64,000 nt of DNA from an uncultured virus (IMG/VR IMGVR_UViG_3300035698_018097). Taxonomy: Duplodnaviria > Heunggongvirae > Uroviricota > Caudoviricetes. Location of the stretch: the IMG/VR virus record IMGVR_UViG_3300035698_018097; one strand, 5' to 3'. Within the stretch, counting starts at the first letter, position 1. Each line of letters starts with the position of its first letter. The notes under the pieces were generated by a model, which was not told where the DNA came from, ran no database searches, and was given only the letters and a program-made list of their open reading frames with translations. Below are positions 59,130-64,000 of this stretch, one piece after another. A program made the position numbers and the translations under genes.

Positions 59130-62100
59130 AAAACTCTTGACTTTTTAAATTAAATAGCATATATTTAACTTATTATGAAAAACATGGAAATCCCCGTTGG
59201 GAAAGTTAAAATCCGAAAGACAAAGAATCTTGCTCGGTCCGGACAAATATTTCCGAATATGAAGCGGGTGAAGAATAAAAAAGCTTGTCGTGGAAAGGTA
59301 AACTAATTATGAGTGATGAAAATAAATATGCATGGAGCGTCGGCTTAGGATGGGGACTTTTTCTTTTTTGCCTTTTGTTCGGCTACGCAATCCTTCTTTA
59401 TGTGGATCACAAAAGTGATGTAGAACAATATAAAGCAGAAACCGAAAGAATAACAATCATTCAGAAGATTCAATAATGGATAAATTAGAACAACTTGACG
59501 AAGTTCGTGCTATACTCAATCATATTCAATGGTTTTTGGGTAAGGTCAAAGAGATTCCAAACACAACCGCTGAATTCAAAGGATATTGTGATTTGGAAGC
59601 TAGTTCGTGTGATCAGATACTTGATAAGGTAAAGTTTCTTTCGGAAAACTAAAATAAATCTTGACTTTTTAAATTTAATTTGTATTGTATTAATTATGGA
59701 CGATCATTCAATAACATTTGACTTCATAAGCTCCGACGAAATCGAAGCTTTCACAAAATTAATCGCGGATAGTAATGAACGCGGAATCCGGTATACGGTT
59801 GTAAAAGAAGGCTTGCTGGTAACATTCAGATGGTCAAACGGATTTTAATATGATTACTCAAGTATTTCGTTATAAAATTTCTATTGTTTTTTATCCACCA
59901 GACGAGTGGAATGTAAAAGAGCTTTGTAAACGGCTTCTTTATTTACAACAACGATTTCAAGCTACGGGTAAAGTGTATAATTGTAAAGTAAAGTTGACTA
60001 AGGCTCCTAGCACCTGTTTTGTTTTATCAGTAAAATATCTAAATGATGATCGCATTGCAAATGATGTAGAACATGATTTGCTTACTGATGTGCGTAATGC
60101 TGGTTTCGATATGCCGCTGGGTTAAGTGAAATAATATAATTTTGTTGTTGACTTTTGAAATTAAATACTTTATATTGCATTTACAATGAAGATTAAAAAC
60201 AAAAAACATTTAAAAGTTTTGGTTGCTAATAACGAAGAATTCGAAGAACGCATTTCAAATGTGGTTTGTCAGTATCAAACTCGATATCATCCTGAATTAA
60301 AAAATTTCTCTTTTCGGGGTTGGGAACTGGAAAATTGCAAAGATGTGCCAGATGTTATGGTTTGTGAGTTCCGCGAAACTTGGCATGGTGATTTCGATTA
60401 TAAAACATTAAGAATTCCCGTTGAGTTCTTTGTTGATTATTTTGCTGCTGTTGATGTTAAAGATATTGAGGTTCTTGTTGAAATCGCAGCGGAAGCTCGA
60501 AAAGTGGAGCAACAGAGAATTGAATTAAAAAAGTCTGCTACAGCTAAGAGGCTTGTTATTTATCGGAAACTTCAAAAGGAATTTGGAAAAGTATGAATTT
60601 TGGATATTATACTTGTTGTGTTGATTCAACTGCTGAATTAATTGATGAAATGGTTGAACGATCTATTAAAATTACATGGAAAACATTTAAAAAACATATC
60701 CACCTTTCAGATTTACAAGACCTGTTCCCCTTTTATGCTTGGGAAGGTAAAGGTCTAAAATTGAAAGACGATTGGGCGGTAAGCTTTTATAAAAGTGTTT
60801 ATGATGGAAAGGATTGCTATTATATTTATCATTCAGCAATCGAATATATTTTTGTAAGATAACCTTGACATTTGTTAAAATTTAAACTTTAATTGGCACC
60901 ATGAAAAAAATACTACAAACGATTGCTGGATTGTTATTGTTGGGATTGCCCGCGGTATTAATTGGGCATGAAATATCCCAACGAGTTCCTGTAGATGTTG
61001 TCGTAGGAGTATCAAGGGGAATGGCAGGATGTGCCAGCGTGGTGCTTGGATTTATATTGATCATTTGGCCTTTGGTAAAGGACATTAAATTATAATCCTG
61101 CCCTTCCATTTTTAATTAAAATTTCAAATTAGGCATTGACAAATAGCCTGAATTATGATTGACTCTTTTCAATGTATTACTCCGAAAGTATAATAGATTG
61201 TTATTATGAACAGATTCAAGAAATTGTTGACTCTTTTATGAAAGGCGACAAACGGATTGCTTGGAATGTTTTAAAGCCAAATCGACTCATTAATATTTGG
61301 CGAATGTTCGGTAATAGTGGAGGGTTGGAACTTGTTCGAGATACAAAAGGATTAGAGGCCGCAATTCGTCGGTTCCGTTACTTGTTGGTTCGTCTTGAAA
61401 TTTGTAATACTTTAAATGGACATTCTTCAAATAATCCTGTGGAAGAAATAGAATCTTATGCTAACTTGGGCGAATGGGGTGAAAGTGAAGATTGGGAACG
61501 AATGTTTGATTTCCTTACTTTTGAGGATGGTTCTTATATTATTTCCGATTACGGACCAAAACGACTTTGGCCGATAATGGAAAAATTAGAAAACGAAGAT
61601 GATCCTGCTCAACAAGTATATTTAGTTGACAAGTTCCTGAATGTGTGTCATTGCAGAAGTGATTTGTCTCAATATTTTATTGAAGGCGGTATTGATGTAT
61701 TAGATGAAATTCGTGATATGTAATTTAATTACAAAATAAACTTGACTCTTTTTAATTAATCACATATAACTTTCTTATGAATATTGAAACCAAGCGTGGT
61801 TATGAATACGGAAAACGAAATTACGGTCAGAGTGCTGTAAATGATGCTGAAATACTTCGATGTATTGAATTCGAACAGGATCTTGACCAATATACTGATT
61901 TTGACAGAGGAATCGGACTCGCAATCGCAGAACATGAAAATGTTGCAAAGGAAATGTTAAAAGAAACCCGAATACGGAAAGAAACCCGAATTGCACTCAG
62001 TAAGGTGAAGACCGCTATATTCGTTACTCTTGATACTACTTATGAAGAGATTACTAACATGATTGACGGTCCTTCGATGGATGGAGTGGTTGATTCGTTG

Positions 62101-63573
62101 CATCGTGCTGATACAGCCATTGATCTTGTGATTGCCCGACTTGATGGTGCGACTGATAAAAATTGTGATGATTGTTAAAAGTTAGTGGTTCCGTATATTT
62201 ATTTATATGGAAGCATATTCATATCGCGATGAGAAGATTAAGAAGCTCACACAGATCAGCAAAGCCCTAGAAAGTATCTATGAAAAATATGATGGTTTCT
62301 TAGGGGAACTAAACGGTGAATTTCAAGATTTTTCTTCAAGTGAAGAGTATTCAAGAGAGAATCGACAAATCGCCCTTGATATGAAACAAACCATTCAGAA
62401 CGTCAAGGAATCAATGAACTTTCTTGATGAGGCTCTTGGAACTGCTCAACAAATCGCAACTGATTTGTAAACATCATCCCTTTATAACTTCCAAGATGAC
62501 ATGATTAGTCATCGGTGTCAAGATAAATCTTTTTTAATTTAATTATTGACTTTATACCTGAGCTATGATTGACTGTGTTTACTGAGACTTCCACGGAAGG
62601 ACATTTATTCAGTAATAAAGAATTAGATGAACTTCATTCTCAACTTGAAACTTTGGATTCCAAAGTCTCCATGACCAGAGAAACATTGATTGACATCTGT
62701 GTTGACATCTGTGGTCTATCAAAAGAAGAAATTGAAGATAGTATTTCTGATTTAGAATTTTTTAATAAATTTTAAAAATAAGTATTGACTTAATTATAAA
62801 AATGTGTTTTACTCTTTTCATAGTCAAATAAGACTATTTTTAATCACCGAAAAAGTTAAAAATATGTATCAAACAGAATCAGTAATCGAACTTTGTGATC
62901 GCCTCTCTGAAAAAAATAGCTCACAATTTATTGGATTGACTTACACTTCTAAAACCGGTTTGATAACTCCTCAAACCGCGAGATATGTTATCAACACTAA
63001 TGTAAATCTCAAAAGAGTTTATGCAGAGGACATTAAAACTCTCAAAGCTCATCTTGAAACTCTCACGACTGACTTGGAAATCCAAGTGTGTAACGAGTTG
63101 ATTAAATCCCTTGAAACTTCCCTTGAAAGGGGAATTGGAAACAATCCTAACTTCACACGGAAAAATCATGTAAAACGGATTGACGGAACACTTCGTAAAG
63201 TTATCCGCAGAGACAATACCGAGGGAATTGAAATCCTTGGATTGATTCGCTCAAAGGTGGTATTAATCAAAGGTGAATATAAGAAAGTCAATTCACGGCC
63301 GAAAACACTTGTCAAGAACAAAATGAAAAAAGATCTTGATCTTGGAACCTCAAAAATTCGTAGTCTTTCGGTCAACTTGGATACAATCAAGGGAATCCGA
63401 CATAACGGAGACGTGATCGAGTTGTGTGATGAAGTGATGATCGCTAAAGTGAAAAAGGCTTCAACCAAAGTTTCAACTAAATCGACAAGTGATCTTGTAA
63501 CGGTTTAGTGGCCGAAAAAATGCCGACCAATAAAAAATAGACAGTGGATTCATAATTAGAAGCTGTCATTTTC

Positions 63574-63605
63574 AAAGCCCGAGGTTAATCGCTTCGGGCT
63601 TTTTT
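63574..63605 (+). terminator. Intrinsic terminator
   Basis: AAAGCCCGAGG/CTTCGGGCTTT plus T run. Confidence 0.8.
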
Positions 63606-64000
63606 GGTAATAAAAATAAAATAATCTTGACATTTGAATTTAAACCTGACTTAATTAACAACATGAACAAAAGAGAACTGATTGAAAAACGAGATCCCGA
63701 CGGTTTGCTGCGGAAATTTAAATCTGGACCTGCTCATATTTTTAATCCCGTTCCTACTAATGAAAAGGAATCATTAGCTCATGGTAATGCTCTTGCTAAG
63801 TCAGGGAATTATCCAGTGGGAACAACCGAGTGCTTCAATGTCGGTATCTCAGGCGGCTGCGGTCCGGATTGTTTCGTATATCTTAAAGGGGAATGTAAAG
63901 AACCTCACGAGATGATCGAGCGGTTAAATGAAGAGGAATTAAAATTACATTCTGAATTATACCCGAATTAAATCTTGACATTTAAAATTTAAATATATAT

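Larger units (their letters stand above)
38722..63993 (+). promoter_or_regulatory. Dispersed family of sigma70-like promoters, consensus TTGAC(A/T)TTT(T/G)AAATTTAAT
   Basis: Copies or close variants at 38722, 41279, 41636, 44791, 46804, 50822, 53620, 54162, 54583, 55211, 55555, 56079, 56530, 57735, 58773, 59137, 59661, 60148, 63627, 63975. Confidence 0.85.

Noticed and set aside
1..64000. Genome-wide stop-codon reassignment (TAG or TGA)
   Set aside because: Recognisable genes are intact in code 11, and TAG/TGA end genes just before promoters or intergenic gaps (e.g. 9782, 38718, 63508). Only one internal TAG was seen.

Overview
AT-rich window from a large (probably jumbo) bacteriophage. It holds an accessory/early region of well over 100 short, mostly + strand ORFs, with a small minus-strand island at about 34.4-37.8 kb. 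I see no structural, terminase or DNA polymerase genes. Recognisable products centre on RNA repair/modification and nucleotide handling: Rnl1-type RNA ligase, RlaP-like nucleotidyltransferase, 2H phosphoesterase, two metallophosphoesterases, DUF2828/vWA (Ro/TROVE-like) protein, macrodomain, SLOG, MazG-like, MiaB-like radical SAM, ATP-grasp, tRNA-Arg(UCU) and a degenerate tRNA-Gly. Most notable: (1) an RNA ligase gene fractured inside its KxDG|S catalytic motif by a naturally split intein, with a Vsr/DUF559-type endonuclease gene between the halves; (2) three co-varying CAGCAA stem-loops in the leader of the DUF2828 gene; (3) two unannotated structured RNAs (about 140 nt and 400 nt) next to the tRNAs; (4) about 40 TTGAC promoters with the ATG at the predicted transcription start (leaderless mRNAs); (5) a polar ATCCCGAA cluster with a C-to-G skew flip near 33.5 kb, plus ORF-less promoters nearby; (6) several tandem paralogue arrays. 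All family calls come from motif recognition by eye, not database searches. Most small hypothetical ORFs are not listed individually.
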